A stretch of DNA of 39,316 bases from Octopus bimaculoides (taxonomy: Eukaryota). Below, piece after piece: positions 9,938 to 21,842 of this stretch. Within the stretch, counting starts at the first letter, position 1, and each line of letters begins with the position of its first letter. The position numbers and the translations under genes are program-made. The stretch is taken from the NCBI RefSeq assembly GCF_001194135.2, contig NC_068981.1:196469284-196508599 (forward strand). The letters run 5' to 3'. The notes under the pieces were generated by a model that ran no database searches, was not told the DNA's origin, and was given only the letters and a program-made list of their open reading frames with translations.

Positions 9938-10339
9938 GTAACAGATTTGTGTGAATTCACTAATTAGAAACGCTTAAAAAAATACAAAAACAGAAAAGGA
10001 TTAAGGAAAAGAAACGGAAAAGCTTTCCACTATAAAGATATTCGAGCGATAGTTTTATAGCGTAAAAGTATTAAAATCCACAGACATTGCTAAAGATCTT
10101 AAAAGCTTTTTTTCCTTGTTTGTTCTGTTTAAATCTTGTGATTTATATTTCCACATCTCTCAATAAATTGACATTTTAAAGAAATCTTCTAACATTTATC
10201 ACATGTTACTTTATTCTGCTCTTCTTCCTCGTTCGTTTATTGGATTTTTAAAATTGTTTTCTTGTGATTTTATATTTAATTTCATTTATATATTTATTTA
10301 TTTGTTATTATCTCTCGCTCATTGTGTTTACTCCAATAG

Positions 10340-10417
10340 GATGCCGTCTACAAGCGCAAGAGCTCAAGTTTCACTAATATTAAATTAGCTAAGGGAAATA
10401 ACCGAAATAGACTCATG
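10340..10417 (+). other. Candidate 78-nt exon ending in ATG
   Basis: Acceptor tctctcgctcattgtgtttactccaatAG| (10338-10339) and donor ATG|GTATGA (10418). The phase-0 frame is open: DAVYKRKSSSFTNIKLAKGNNRNRLM. No homologue recognised. Confidence 0.35.
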
Positions 10418-11013
10418 GTATGACTCTCTGTTAATAAGTTAAAAGGTGATTGCGTGAAGGCCATATGTAACAAACTCTTAATTTATTATAATTTATTTGT
10501 TAGTTGGAGAAAAACCAAAATAAACAACAACAAAAAAACAGCAGGTATAAGCAACTCTAAATAAAAAGAGGAGATAATTACGAGAAAATATAAGTCTATC
10601 AAATTTACATTAGATACTGAATGAAAGATTTGATCTTGGTTTGCAAATAAAAGATAACTACTAGCATGTATCCACCTTATCAGCACTCATCAACATAGCT
10701 TAATCTACCCACACCGGTCTGATCCGTTCAATAAGTGTTTAGAATATAAAAAAAGAAATACCAAAATTTATGGCCAGTAAAAAATGCATGATTTGAAAAT
10801 AGAGATAACTAAAGTGGAATAAGACAACTTTAGTAACGACATAGTTTTGAATTATATGTTTGAAATGTCTATGTTCTAAGCATGTTTTAGGATTACCATA
10901 ATCCTTGTACCTTTTCACAATTGACCATGCCGAGAAAACGACTTCAGTAGGTTTAGATAATTATATAGACGAGCTTGAAACTATCAGGCGATACGGAAAT
11001 TCCAAGGAACAAG

Positions 11014-11079
<66 letters not shown>

Positions 11080-11081
<2 letters not shown>

Positions 11082-11900
11082 GGGTGTTCGGATTAGTTTT
11101 GAGAGTTTGCATAAGAGGAAATGAATGCATAACACTTAATCCAATATCTCAAACATTAACTAGATGATGGCTTATCGATAACAGCTGATGGCTTATCGAT
11201 AACCTCAAGACGGTTCCGGAACCTGGCACATGACTTCCTCACTGTGTCGCTAGGAAGACCTTTGAAGTACACCTCCATGATCTTGGCCGCTAGCTCTTCC
11301 TTGGTGTTACAGAAAGAGCGTTGGTGTCTTTTTCAACCATACCTCACACATTGTAATCCGTGGAATTACAATCTTGGGGAATTAAGAAGCCAAAAATTGG
11401 GGCTGGCGAAGTCGTAGAAATTCTGCAACAACCACTTCTGATATTTTGCGGAGGTGTGGCAGGGAGTCGGCTCCTACTTCCATATATCGCCTTCCAGCAG
11501 CAACCTTCTCCAGGCAGGGATTGACCACAGTCTCCAGTAACTTCACCTGGCCATCTGAATTGACTGAGCCTAAAACTTTCTTTCAAAGGATGTGAGGATG
11601 AATTACGGTGTGCGCACGAAGTCAGAATGTCTGCCGTGACTCTTCGCAAATACCACGGCTTCGTAATCTCCGTTGCAGCTGTTCATACAACATTTTACTG
11701 CTTTTACAATGTTCACAGAGCATTGAGAATCAATCATGATGTCAGCATTTTGGCACCCGGCGCGAATCCTCATGACACGGGTAACTCTTTCCCAATATTC
11801 AAATGGCTTCCAGTCCTCCATGTCAGCTACAACATTATTCTTTATGCTCTCAAACGCCGTCGACTCTTAGCCAACACATCAAACTGCTTTTGAAAAAAGA
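11080..11900 (-). mobile_element. Decayed, internally deleted maT (DD37D) Tc1/mariner-superfamily transposon
   Basis: Minus strand gives an N-terminal segment (11603-11821, IRAGCQNADIM...SHGRHSDFVRTP) and a C-terminal segment W K * E PTPCHTSAKYQKWLLQNFYDFASPNFWLLNSP/DCNSTDY...CNTKEELAAKIMEVYFKGLPSDTVRKSCARFRNRLEVID. There are 37 residues between the second acidic position (mutated D to E) and the third D, after correcting one frameshift. TAGGGTGTTCGG at 11080 resembles a CAGGGTG TIR. The second TIR was not found. Confidence 0.82.
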
Positions 11901-12526
11901 AATAAGGAGACAACATGATTGATTATTCACCACCTACAACAACGAAAGTATTTCGTTTCGGAATGTTTATGGCCATTATTGTACTTTAAATTATTGTTGA
12001 CGTAAATAACAGACTTTTCCACATATATTACTTTTTACGAAACTTTTTACTGTCTCTGTTTACAACAGACAGAGTCAATCTAGTAATTTTCGTATTCCCA
12101 ATGCGAATGTCGACGACTAATTACTTTCCTCAGAAGTTTTCGTCCGTGAGCCGTCTGTATTATCTGTGGTGTTTAGACACCTGCTTACTTTCCCAGCTCC
12201 TAGACAATACTCGTGCCGTTCTGTAAAACATTTTCTACAATGGAATATCATGAATCATGTCGCAAATCACCTGGCCAACCAGATTGGAAGCCACGCAACA
12301 ATTCATCGTGACCATCACCTCTAAATATCCCGACCACCAGATTTCTGAACCTGGTGTGTGTGTGTGTGTGTGTGAGACAGAGAGAGAGAGAGATGGAGAG
12401 AGAGAGAGCCTTGTGTGCGCGCGCGCGTTTGTGCGTTTATGTGAACCGGTATGTATGTAATGTATGTATGTATGTATGTATGTATGTATGTATGTATGTA
12501 TGTATGTATGTATGTATGTATGAAGT

Positions 12527-12960
12527 AAGGTGGCGAGCTGGCAGAAACGTTAGCACGCCGAGCGAAATGCTTAGCGGTATTTCGTCTGCCGTTACGTACT
12601 GAGTTCAATTTCCTCCGTGGTTGACCTTACCTTTCATCCTTTCGGGGTCGATAAGTTAAGTACCAGTTACTCACTAGGGTCGATGTAATCAGCTGAATCC
12701 CTTTGTCTGTCCTTGTTTGTCCCCTCTATGTTTAGCCCCTTGTGGGCAATAAAGAAATAAGAAGCGTTAACACTCCGGGCGAAATGCTTTGCCGTATTTC
12801 GTCTGTCTTTACGTTCTGAGTTCAAATTCCACCGAAGGTCGACTTTGCCTTTCATCCTTTCGGAGTCGATAAATTAAGTACCAATTGCGTACTGGGGGCG
12901 ATAAAATCGACTGGACCCCTCCCCCAAAATTTCTGGCCTTGTGCCTAGAGTAGAAAAGAA
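12527..12960 (+). mobile_element. Two fused SINE-A copies: complete copy 12527-12760 with a ...GGGCAATAAAGAAATAA tail, joined to a headless copy 12761-12960 with a ...GCCTAGAGTAGAAAAGAAT tail
   Basis: Direct match to the SINE-A consensus twice in tandem. Confidence 0.92.
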
Positions 12961-13127
12961 TGTATGGAATTTCGCGCATAGTGTCTTTGATTTTGTCGAC
13001 ACCACAGAATAGTAGGATCAGATGGCATCCGTCTGTGAAAAAAACAGCATCATGACGAAATACATACACACATGCATACATACATACATACATACATGCA
13101 TGCAAACATATATACAAATAATAAACA

Positions 13128-13290
13128 TGAGTGGCTGTGTGGTAAGTAGCTTGCTTACCAACCACATGGTTCTGGATTCAGTCCCACTGCGTGGCACCTA
13201 GGGCAAGTGTCTTCTACTATAGCCTCGAGCCGACCAAAGCCTTGTGAGTGGATTTGGTAGACGGAAACTGAAAAAAAGCCCGTCGTATAT
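13128..13290 (+). mobile_element. SINE-B 5' half ending in (TA)n
   Basis: gtggctgtgtggtaagtagcttgcttaccaaccacatgg...gaaaaaaagcccgtcgtatatacg. Confidence 0.9.
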
Positions 13291-13293
13291 ACG

Positions 13294-13326
<33 letters not shown>

Positions 13327-13416
13327 GTGTGATTTTAAATTCTCAATCGCAGAATAATGCTAATAATATAGCCTGAACAGGATAAACTATCCCTATTTTG
13401 CAGAAAAAAGTGTAGG

Positions 13417-13491
13417 TGGTTTGCTGTGGACACGAACTCACATCCCCGTGATTACGCGTCACGATGCTTTGACCGATTAAGCTAAACTACC
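13417..13491 (-). pseudogene. tRNA-Thr(CGT)-like pseudogene
   Basis: Minus strand reads GGTAGTTTAGCTTAATCGGTCAAAGCATCGTGA-CGCGTAA-TCACGGGGATGTGAGTTCGTGTCCACAGCAAACC. The D stem (GCTT/AAGC) and anticodon stem (CGTGA/TCACG) pair and the anticodon is CGT. The acceptor stem is broken and U33 is replaced by G. A T6 run lies just downstream (plus-strand A6 at 13404-13409). Confidence 0.55.
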
Positions 13492-14059
13492 CCACTACAA
13501 ATTCCTCTGCAAATTTAAGATGTATAGAAATCTCGCTTTATGAGACGCTCTCATATGTTAAATTCAAATTAGGACAAACGTAAATAAACAAACGAAGTTT
13601 GCTTTTAGAAGCGTTGAGATGTCTTAGAAAGTTAAGGAAGTGATTTTAAATTCTCAATCGGAGGATAATGCTTTACGATATGTCTTCCGGCCCTCAGCAT
13701 TCTGAGTCTAAATTTCGCCAGCATGGAGAAGGTTAGTCGAAACCATTCCAGTATTCATCGCAAGTCTACTCTTGGAGATCCAAAATTCCAGTAATCAACT
13801 CAACAGCGTTAAGGAAGGCACTGAGCCTCCCGGGCACGCATAGAGAATGCTGGCGAAGGGTCACATGCACAAATCTGCTCAAGGGCAGATCACCGCTGGA
13901 CTCTATATATGCAAGAACGCATACATCTTTGTTAAGATGAACGACAGCGAGAACCCGCACCCGGTGAATTAAATATTATTTTCTTTTCTGCTACACATCT
14001 TCTTTTGAGTACATACAAAATGCACAAAAAAATGTTCACTAAAGTTTTTATTCTTTTCC

Positions 14060-14240
14060 TCAACAGGCCCTGCCCTGTTTAACATTGTCCCAAAACGGAG
14101 TCTGAACAAATTTCTTGAGGAATACCAGATAAGCCATCCATACCTGGATACAACTCATTCAACAAGAACTCATAATGGGCCATAATACCACAAAACTTGA
14201 CATAAAAAGGATTTAGATAATCCTATCAAGTGATGCTATT
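14060..14240 (+). mobile_element. CR1-type LINE 3'-end fragment
   Basis: Across frameshifts it reads TGPALFNIVPK...LNKFLEE(I)PDKPSIPGYNSFNKNS, typical of CR1-clade ORF2 C-termini. Confidence 0.55.
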
Positions 14241-14333
14241 AAGTTAGACATGGCCTGGACCAATCTTTGGTCGAAACATATCTAAGTTTTATATATGAAA
14301 GCCATTTTTATTTTATACATAAACCACTCCTTT

Positions 14334-14439
<106 letters not shown>

Positions 14440-15166
14440 GTGTTGTGCATGTAAAACTCGCCTCGTGAAAACACACCAATACATTTTTCAGTAAAACTAT
14501 CACACGAAAACATTTGCTATGTGAAAACATATTTTCGTATTTTTATATGAAAATATATCTGGAAAATGTATTTTCTTCTCATGTTTAGAAATTAAACTTC
14601 TTTTATCCAAACGAAAATATATATGTGTCTAAAACATTAAATACATTTTTAATTCATTCTCAATATTTTTTCTTATATCTGTGTGTGTGTGTGTGAATCT
14701 ACCTCTGACAGCCTACTTAGCGACAATAAATCCTAAACCGTCTGCATCCAACGGAAGGATTCTCTCAACCGTTTACCTGACGTTACACATAACATACCCA
14801 ATAGCAACAACACTCTGCAAGGTCATGTGAAAAGAAAACTTCCGTATTAATTATTAATATGAATATTAACTCTAATGAATAATTCAATCATAGTTGGTCA
14901 TTAATATAATTTCACACCCTGACCTCTGAAGCGAGGTAACTTTACAAATGTCAACAGCACATCCCAAGAAACGGAAGTGACCTTAAACCGTGAGATTTTT
15001 TCCAGAACGCTTTTTGTTTTTTATGATTTACCTGTGTTGAGGTCATGGTGGCTGTAAATAGACTCTGGCGGAAGGGTTTCGGTTTATTAAGATGAATCCT
15101 TGAAGTATATATTTCAAGCGTGTTTCGCATGATCGGGGATTGTATATTCGAATAGATTCTCAAAGT

Positions 15167-15253
15167 AAGGCAGCGAGCTGGCGGAATCGCTACTGCGCAG
15201 GAGAAAGTGCTTAGCGGCATTTCGTCCGTCTTTACGTTCTGAGTTCAAATTCC
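15167..15253 (+). mobile_element. SINE-A head fragment
   Basis: aaggcagcgagctggcggaatcg...tacgttctgagttcaaattcc. Confidence 0.85.
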
Positions 15254-15344
15254 ACACCGAACTATTTGGTAAAAATTATTAATTATTAATTTATTAATAA
15301 TCTTTTACCCTATATCTGTAATAAGTATATATATATATATATAT

Positions 15345-15510
15345 ATTTGTGAGCCTGTGCTTGTCCCCCTCACCATCGCTCGAAAACCGATGTTGGTGTG
15401 TTTAGGTCCCCAAAAGATAGCTGTTCGGCAAAAGAGTCCGATAGAATAAGTACTAGGCTTACAAAGAATAAGTCCTGGGGTCGATTTATTCAAGTGAAAG
15501 AATAACAGAA
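15345..15510 (+). mobile_element. SINE-B 3' half beginning after (TA)n
   Basis: gcttgtccccctcaccatcgctcgaaaaccgatgttggtgtgttt...gaataagtcctggggtcgat. Confidence 0.85.
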
Positions 15511-16054
15511 GAATCGTTTGGGAAACTAATCTCCAAAACTAGAAGTTTTGTTGTTTTCTTTGCTAAACTAAATTAGAAATGTCTTTGAATTTACGAGTAA
15601 CGGAGCTTTCGATAAATGGTTCCACAAATATCTGCATACACACAAACACACAAAAACGCACACATAGAGACACGCAAACTCAAACACGCATACAGATTAT
15701 ATATGAAAAGCCAAAACATATATGTATACAATACATGATGTGTGTGTGTGAGCGTGCGTGCGAGCGTGTGTGTGTGTGTGTTTGTGTGTTTGTATGCATG
15801 TGTGTGTGTGTGTGTGTGTATGTGTGTGTATTGAAATACGCCAAGTTGTAATAGGGGAATATTTTTAAAGATGACTTCCCGCGTGAAAAACACTCCTTAC
15901 ACACACACACACACATGCACACACACACACATGCACACACAAAGCATACATACATACATACATACATACATACATACATACATAGACACAGCACCACCAC
16001 CAAATTGTCTTTAAGATCTCAAATTGGAATAAACAACTGTAAAACTCATGAAAT

Positions 16055-16055
<1 letters not shown>

Positions 16056-16101
<46 letters not shown>

Positions 16102-16145
16102 TATTATTATTATTATGATCATTATTATTATTATTATTATTATAT
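16056..16145. repeat. (CAT)n-(TAT)n trinucleotide microsatellite
   Basis: Read directly from the sequence. Confidence 0.95.
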
Positions 16146-16346
16146 AACGATGTCTATCAGAATAAAACAATGTCTGTTTGTCTCTTTGTCCACTTTCTAA
16201 TGACTGGAATATATTGTCAGATTTCTTAAAGACATTCTAGAGTCGCAGATCGAGTTTCCACCATCGACCATAATCTTCTCCTCAAATCTATGTCATCCGT
16301 TATTTAGTACCAAATGTCGCCGTTAGTCTCTCTCCCTCTCTCTCCG

Positions 16347-16379
<33 letters not shown>

Positions 16380-16396
16380 GTCTGTCTGTCTCTCTG

Positions 16397-16433
<37 letters not shown>

Positions 16434-16535
16434 TTTCTCTCTCTCTCTGTATTCATCGTGTTTGGTTTCAATATTTTATGTATCTGTATTTGTTTTTGAT
16501 GTTTTGCGTGTACATCTTTATGTGTGTGTGTGTGC

Positions 16536-16585
<50 letters not shown>

Positions 16586-16971
16586 ACACTCACATATATG
16601 TATGTATGTATGTATGTATGTGATGTATGTATGTATAGACAAAGTGAGAAACACAAGTATATAATTAAGGGCTGTGTGTTTTTGTATGGTTGGTCACGTC
16701 GGGAGAGGATGAAGGTTTCATGAAATCGGCAAGAGAGAAGACATGAAACACAGAGAGACTGAATAAAGAAAAAGCTCGACCATTTCTTCGACAGAATCCG
16801 ACGTTGGGAAACAGATTTGAGTCACATCAACAGGCATACACACAGACAGACACGCTAATGCACAGAGGCATATACGTCCACACATTCGCGTATGGCTGTA
16901 AATGTATGACATATATATATGCAAACACAGACACACAAACACACATACATATATATACATATACATATATA

Positions 16972-17125
16972 TACGACGGGCTTCTTTCAGTTTCCGTCTA
17001 CTAAATCCACTCACAAGGCTTTGGTCGGCCCGAGGCTATGGTAGAAGACACTTGCCAAAGGTGCCACGCAGTGGGACTGAACCCGGAACCATGTGGTTGG
17101 TAAGCAAGCTGCTTATCACACAGCC
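16972..17125 (-). mobile_element. SINE-B 5' half ending in (TA)n
   Basis: Reverse complement of the SINE-B head through GAAAGAAGCCCGTCGTATA. Confidence 0.9.
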
Positions 17126-17961
17126 AATATTCATATATAGGTATGGCTGTGTGNNNNNNNNNNNNNNNNNNNNNNNNNNNNNNNNNNNNNNNNNNNNNNN
17201 NNNNNNNNNNNNNNNNNNNNNNNNNNNNNNNNNNNNNNNNNNNNNNNNNNNNNNNNNNNNNNNNNNNNNNNNNNNNNNNNNNNNNNNNNNNNNNNNNNNN
17301 NNNNNNNNNNNNNNNNNNNNNNNNNNNNNNNNNNNNNNNNNNNNNNNNNNNNNNNNNNNNNNNNNNNNNNNNNNNNNNNNNNNNNNNNNNNNNNNNNNNN
17401 NNNNNNNNNNNNNNNNNNNNNNNNNNNNNNNNNNNNNNNNNNNNNNNNNNNNNNNNNNNNNNNNNNNNNNNNNNNNNNNNNNNNNNNNNNNNNNNNNNNN
17501 NNNNNNNNNNNNNNNNNNNNNNNNNNNNNNNNNNNNNNNNNNNNNNNNNNNNNNNNNNNNNNNNNNNNNNNNNNNNATATATATATATATATAAAGAGAG
17601 AGAGAGAGATAGAGAGAGAGATAGAGAGAGGGATAGATAGATAGATAGATATACATATATATATATATGCATATATGCACACAGATGCACACTTACACGC
17701 ACACACACGTGTGCATACATGCATGTGTGTGGTGGGCTGTACCAATGCAACCCACATTACAACGACTGATGGCAGTAGACAAAATCTATATGCACGTGCA
17801 CATGCATTAGTAACACACACACATACACAGACAGAAGTACCTACACTCACACACACCCATATATAAACGCATATATTGGTATGTATGCATACATACATAC
17901 ATACATACATGCATATATATATATATATATATATATACACGCACATACATATATACATACA

Positions 17962-18030
<69 letters not shown>

Positions 18031-18519
18031 GCACATACATATATATACATACATGCATTCACGCCTACACGAAGACATTCACACACACACACATACACAC
18101 ACAACACGTGCATAAATATATTATGAAATAACAGCTAAGATTTTAATAAAGGATCGGTGTTGTTTTTCTCTCTCAGATGGTTGTTTACGTAAGTTTATCT
18201 TTTAACACACACACACACACACACATATAAGATGATAGTGATAGCGATATCGGCAGGAAGTGTAGCCTTTCTTGTGCTCGTGACAGTTACATTTCGGAAG
18301 AGCTATCTTTGAAGAGGTATCTTTGTGTGCGTGCGTACGTGTGTGCGTGTGCGCGTGCATGTGCGTGCATGTGTGTGTGTCTTGAAGCTTAATTCTAGGG
18401 AGCCTATAACGATGAATAAAACCGAAACTGAAACCCTTAACGCCTCCACCCACCCACCTCACACCAAAGCGACAAAAAATATTTAATATGATTCATTCAT
18501 ACGACATAATACAAGGATT

Positions 18520-18950
18520 GTTGCTAGAATATTCCCATAAACCCCTTTCTAATGTAATTGCGGTCATCTGACCAAGAGAGGTAAACAATGCTTTTCAAAG
18601 ATCCTGGGAACCACAGGATTTATGGTCAACCGTTTCAAAAACTGCGACAGATCTCCTCAGTCTATAAGTTAAAAAGTCTGATCACATGACCGTTGGTACA
18701 GTTGGTTATGATGCACTAAACGGTGGCATTCTAAGCTGTACGAATCCGCGAACAAGGCACCGTTGCATAGTAACAAAGATCCCATCGTTGCCATCTGGAT
18801 TTAGCAACAGAGGTTGCAATAGTTTAGGATTCAAAGGCCCAAAGCTTTCCAATATCCCACTGACAGACTTATAAGACCTTTATGATGTGGATGAAGATAT
18901 TTTCTTAAAGGAACTGGACCTTCTATTGTCTAGAATTCTAAATTAGCCTA
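18520..18950 (+). mobile_element. Decayed CR1-type LINE 3' fragment
   Basis: PRTRHRCIVTKIPSLPSGFSNRGCNSLGFKGPKL (ORF 18686-18874), followed by DLYDVDEDIFLKELDLLLSRI. SL..KGPKLFN and F...LD..L..IP are CR1-clade C-terminal motifs. Confidence 0.65.
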
Positions 18951-19758
18951 TTTTGCAGTATGAAACACAATTGAGGGCAACTGCTTCGAAATTCCTTCAT
19001 TCTCTCAATGCCAACTCAAAAAGAAGCATCAGTAAGAGTGCAGTAGCGCCAATAGTAGTGCTCCAGCATTGCCATGCTCACAGGCTGAAATAAGTCAAAG
19101 GTAGAACATAAATGCAAACATGCTACCATTTCCATCAAAGGAACTGTAAAAATTTGTAAAACCTTCCAGAAGTTTATCATTAAATATATATGAGCATACA
19201 TAAAACAAAACATATAAATCTGCACTCCAATGAAAGAGCCTTAGACCTAGGTAAGAATCCTGCACTTTCTCTATTCGGAAGAAATCTCGAAATAAAAGTG
19301 AATGACGACATACCAACATACATACATGAATGCATGCTTAAAGAAGAATCTGGAAAAAAATGGGGTTTTCAAAAAGAGAAATCGACCGGCTAATTCTTTC
19401 ATAACAAGTACAATCTGTAAGTGGAACAGTAAAAATATGCAAGACTTTTCTCAAGTTCCAAATGCGAATTTGTTTGTGTTAACTACATCCCTTAAGATGG
19501 AGCCTTGTATTTTTGTTGGAAACCGGCTCCCTCCTCAGTGGAAGAATTATAATAATTAAAAAATATACATACATGCATACATGCGAGCACATGCACCTAA
19601 AACCCAAAGCTTAATGTTCAAGTATTTATTGTCAAAAATATTTCAATTAAAACAAAAAACTCAACATGAATAGCTTAAATTATTTCAATAATAGAGAAGA
19701 TTTCGAACACGTTTCGGTCTTATTATGTGCTCTAAATTTATATTTAACTCAGCTATTT

Positions 19759-19850
19759 GCCCACATAGCTCAGTCGATAGAGCATCAGATTTTTATAGGT
19801 TGACCTTAGAGGTAATCTGAGGGTCACGTGTTCAAGTTCCTCTGTGGACG
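19759..19850 (+). pseudogene. tRNA-Lys(TTT) pseudogene carrying a 19-nt intron-like insertion (19796-19814) at position 37/38
   Basis: GCCCACATAGCTCAGTCGATAGAGCATCAGATTTTTA[TAGGTTGACCTTAGAGGTA]ATCTGAGGGTCACGTGTTCAAGTTCCTCTGTGGACG aligns to the metazoan tRNA-Lys(UUU) (…TAGCTCAGTCGGTAGAGCATCAGACTTTTAATCTGAGGGTC…GTTCAAGT…). The T stem is broken and G19 is replaced by A. A T-rich run follows. Confidence 0.8.
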
Positions 19851-19869
19851 GTTGTTTATTTTAGGTGCA

Positions 19870-20325
19870 AGCTTGGCTGTGCAGTTAGAAGCTTGCTTCC
19901 CAACCACATGGTTCTGGGTTCAGTTCCACTGAGTGACAACTTGGACAAATGTTGTCTACTATATCCTCGGGGTGACCAAAGCCTTGTGAGTAGATTTGGC
20001 AGACGAAAACTGAAAGAAGCCCATCGTATATATATATATATATATATATATGCATATGTGTGTGTATACGTTTTTGTGTCTGTGTTTGTCTCCCACCACC
20101 ACTACCATCGCTTGACAACCGATGTTTACGTCCCCGTTTACGTCCCCCGTAACTTTACGTTTTGCGTTTACGTCCCCGTAACTTAGCGGTTTGGCGAAAG
20201 ACTCCGATAGAAGAAGTACTAGACTTACAAAGAATAAGTCCTCGGCTCGATTTCTTCGACTAACAAACCCTATAAGGCGATGCTCCAGCATGGCCGCACT
20301 CAAAACTGATTGAAACAAGAACATT
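19870..20325 (+). mobile_element. Full-length SINE-B with internal (TA)n
   Basis: Head, CCTTGGGCAAG-like block, (TA)n at about 20027-20050, and 3' half with a short duplication of TTTACGTCCCCGT. Confidence 0.9.
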
Positions 20326-20384
20326 ACTGAAAATTGAAACCGTGTGTAAACATTAGACGGACAGAATGGCAAGAGAGAAAAACT

Positions 20385-20535
20385 AGAAGCACAAGGCCCG
20401 AAATTTTGGAGGAGGAGGGGGGCAGGCGATTAGATCGACCCCAGTACACAACTGGTACTGAATTTATCGACCTCGGAAGGATGAAAGGCAAAGTCAACCT
20501 CGGCGGAATTTGAACTCAGAACATAAAGACAGACG
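20385..20535 (-). mobile_element. SINE-A copy lacking the 5' part of the head
   Basis: gcacaaggcccgaaattttggaggagg...gaactcagaacataaagacagacgaaa. Confidence 0.85.
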
Positions 20536-21842
20536 AAAGAAAACCAGAAGTATTACATACACCTGGTTCTCCATTTCTACTTTGTGATTGTGCCTACATA
20601 TGTGTGTGTGTGTGTGTGTGAATGTATGTGTGTATGTGTGTGTATGCATGTATATATATATACACACACACACACATCAATTCTCTATCAATCTTCTACT
20701 TCAATTTCTTTCACACTTCTCCCTCTACTTGCGACGCACGTGTGTGTATGTATGTATATATATATATATGTGTGCGTGATGCACGCTTACACACACACAC
20801 ACATGCACACACATGCATACGCATACACACACACACAAATATCCTCCTGTGTCTGAATATGTATGTATATGTATGAAGGCATGTATAAATATATAAGTAA
20901 CAAACATGACACCCGCATACCACATGGACACACACACACAGGCACACACACACACATACATACACACACACACACACATACATACACACACACCCACACA
21001 CACATTTGCACTCACATGATGGTTGCGTGCGCGTGCGCATGCGCGTGTGTGTGTGTGTGTGTGTGAGGGTGGTGGGTGTATAATGTGAAAAGCACAGATG
21101 TCTCCCTATAGACACAGCTCAACCTGTGATTGAGTGTGCAATGTGTGTGAAGTGACCTTATCTTGGTTCAATCTCCTGCTGCGTCTGTCATCAATTTACT
21201 TCGATTAAAATCTATACCATTCACACCACCACCACTACCACCACCACCACCACCACCACCACCACCACCGCCATCACCATTGCTGGCAATCTTCCACCAT
21301 ATCTTTTAATCCTTACCTAACGTTTACTTACGGTATTGCTGTTGTTGTTGTTGCTACTGTTGTTNNNNNNNNNNNNNNNNNNNNNNNNNNNNNNNNNNNN
21401 NNNNNNNNNNNNNNNNNNNNNNNNNNNNNNNNNNNNNNNNNNNNNNNNNNNNNNNNNNNNNNNNNNNNNNNNNNNNNNNNNNNNNNNNNNNNNNNNNNNN
21501 NNNNNNNNNNNNNNNNNNNNNNNNNNNNNNNNNNNNNNNNNNNNNNNNNNNNNNNNNNNNNNNNNNNNNNNNNNNNNNNNNNNNNNNNNNNNNNNNNNNN
21601 NNNNNNNNNNNNNNNNNNNNNNNNNNNNNNNNNNNNNNNNNNNNNNNNNNNNNNNNNNNNNNNNNNNNNNNNNNNNNNNNNNNNNNNNNNNNNNNNTGGT
21701 GGTGGTGGCGGCGGCGGTGTCGGTGGTGTTCACCTTGGCCTTGTCCATATTTGTCCTGATGGTTATCGTGTTAGTGTTGTTCAACCTCAAGACAAATTTG
21801 ATCAGATCTATTATCAAAAACCTATTCCATCCAGGACTTGTT

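Noticed and set aside
9878-10417. Identification as selenoprotein H or UBR7 N-terminus
   Set aside because: Only a superficial resemblance; there is no CxxU motif or other diagnostic residues, so no gene symbol is given.
13750-14070. Possible exon 13848-13965 and 100-nt intron ending ttttcctcaacAG
   Set aside because: An in-frame stop lies just upstream, I recognise no homology, and the downstream 'exon' is a CR1 3' fragment. The segment remains unassigned.
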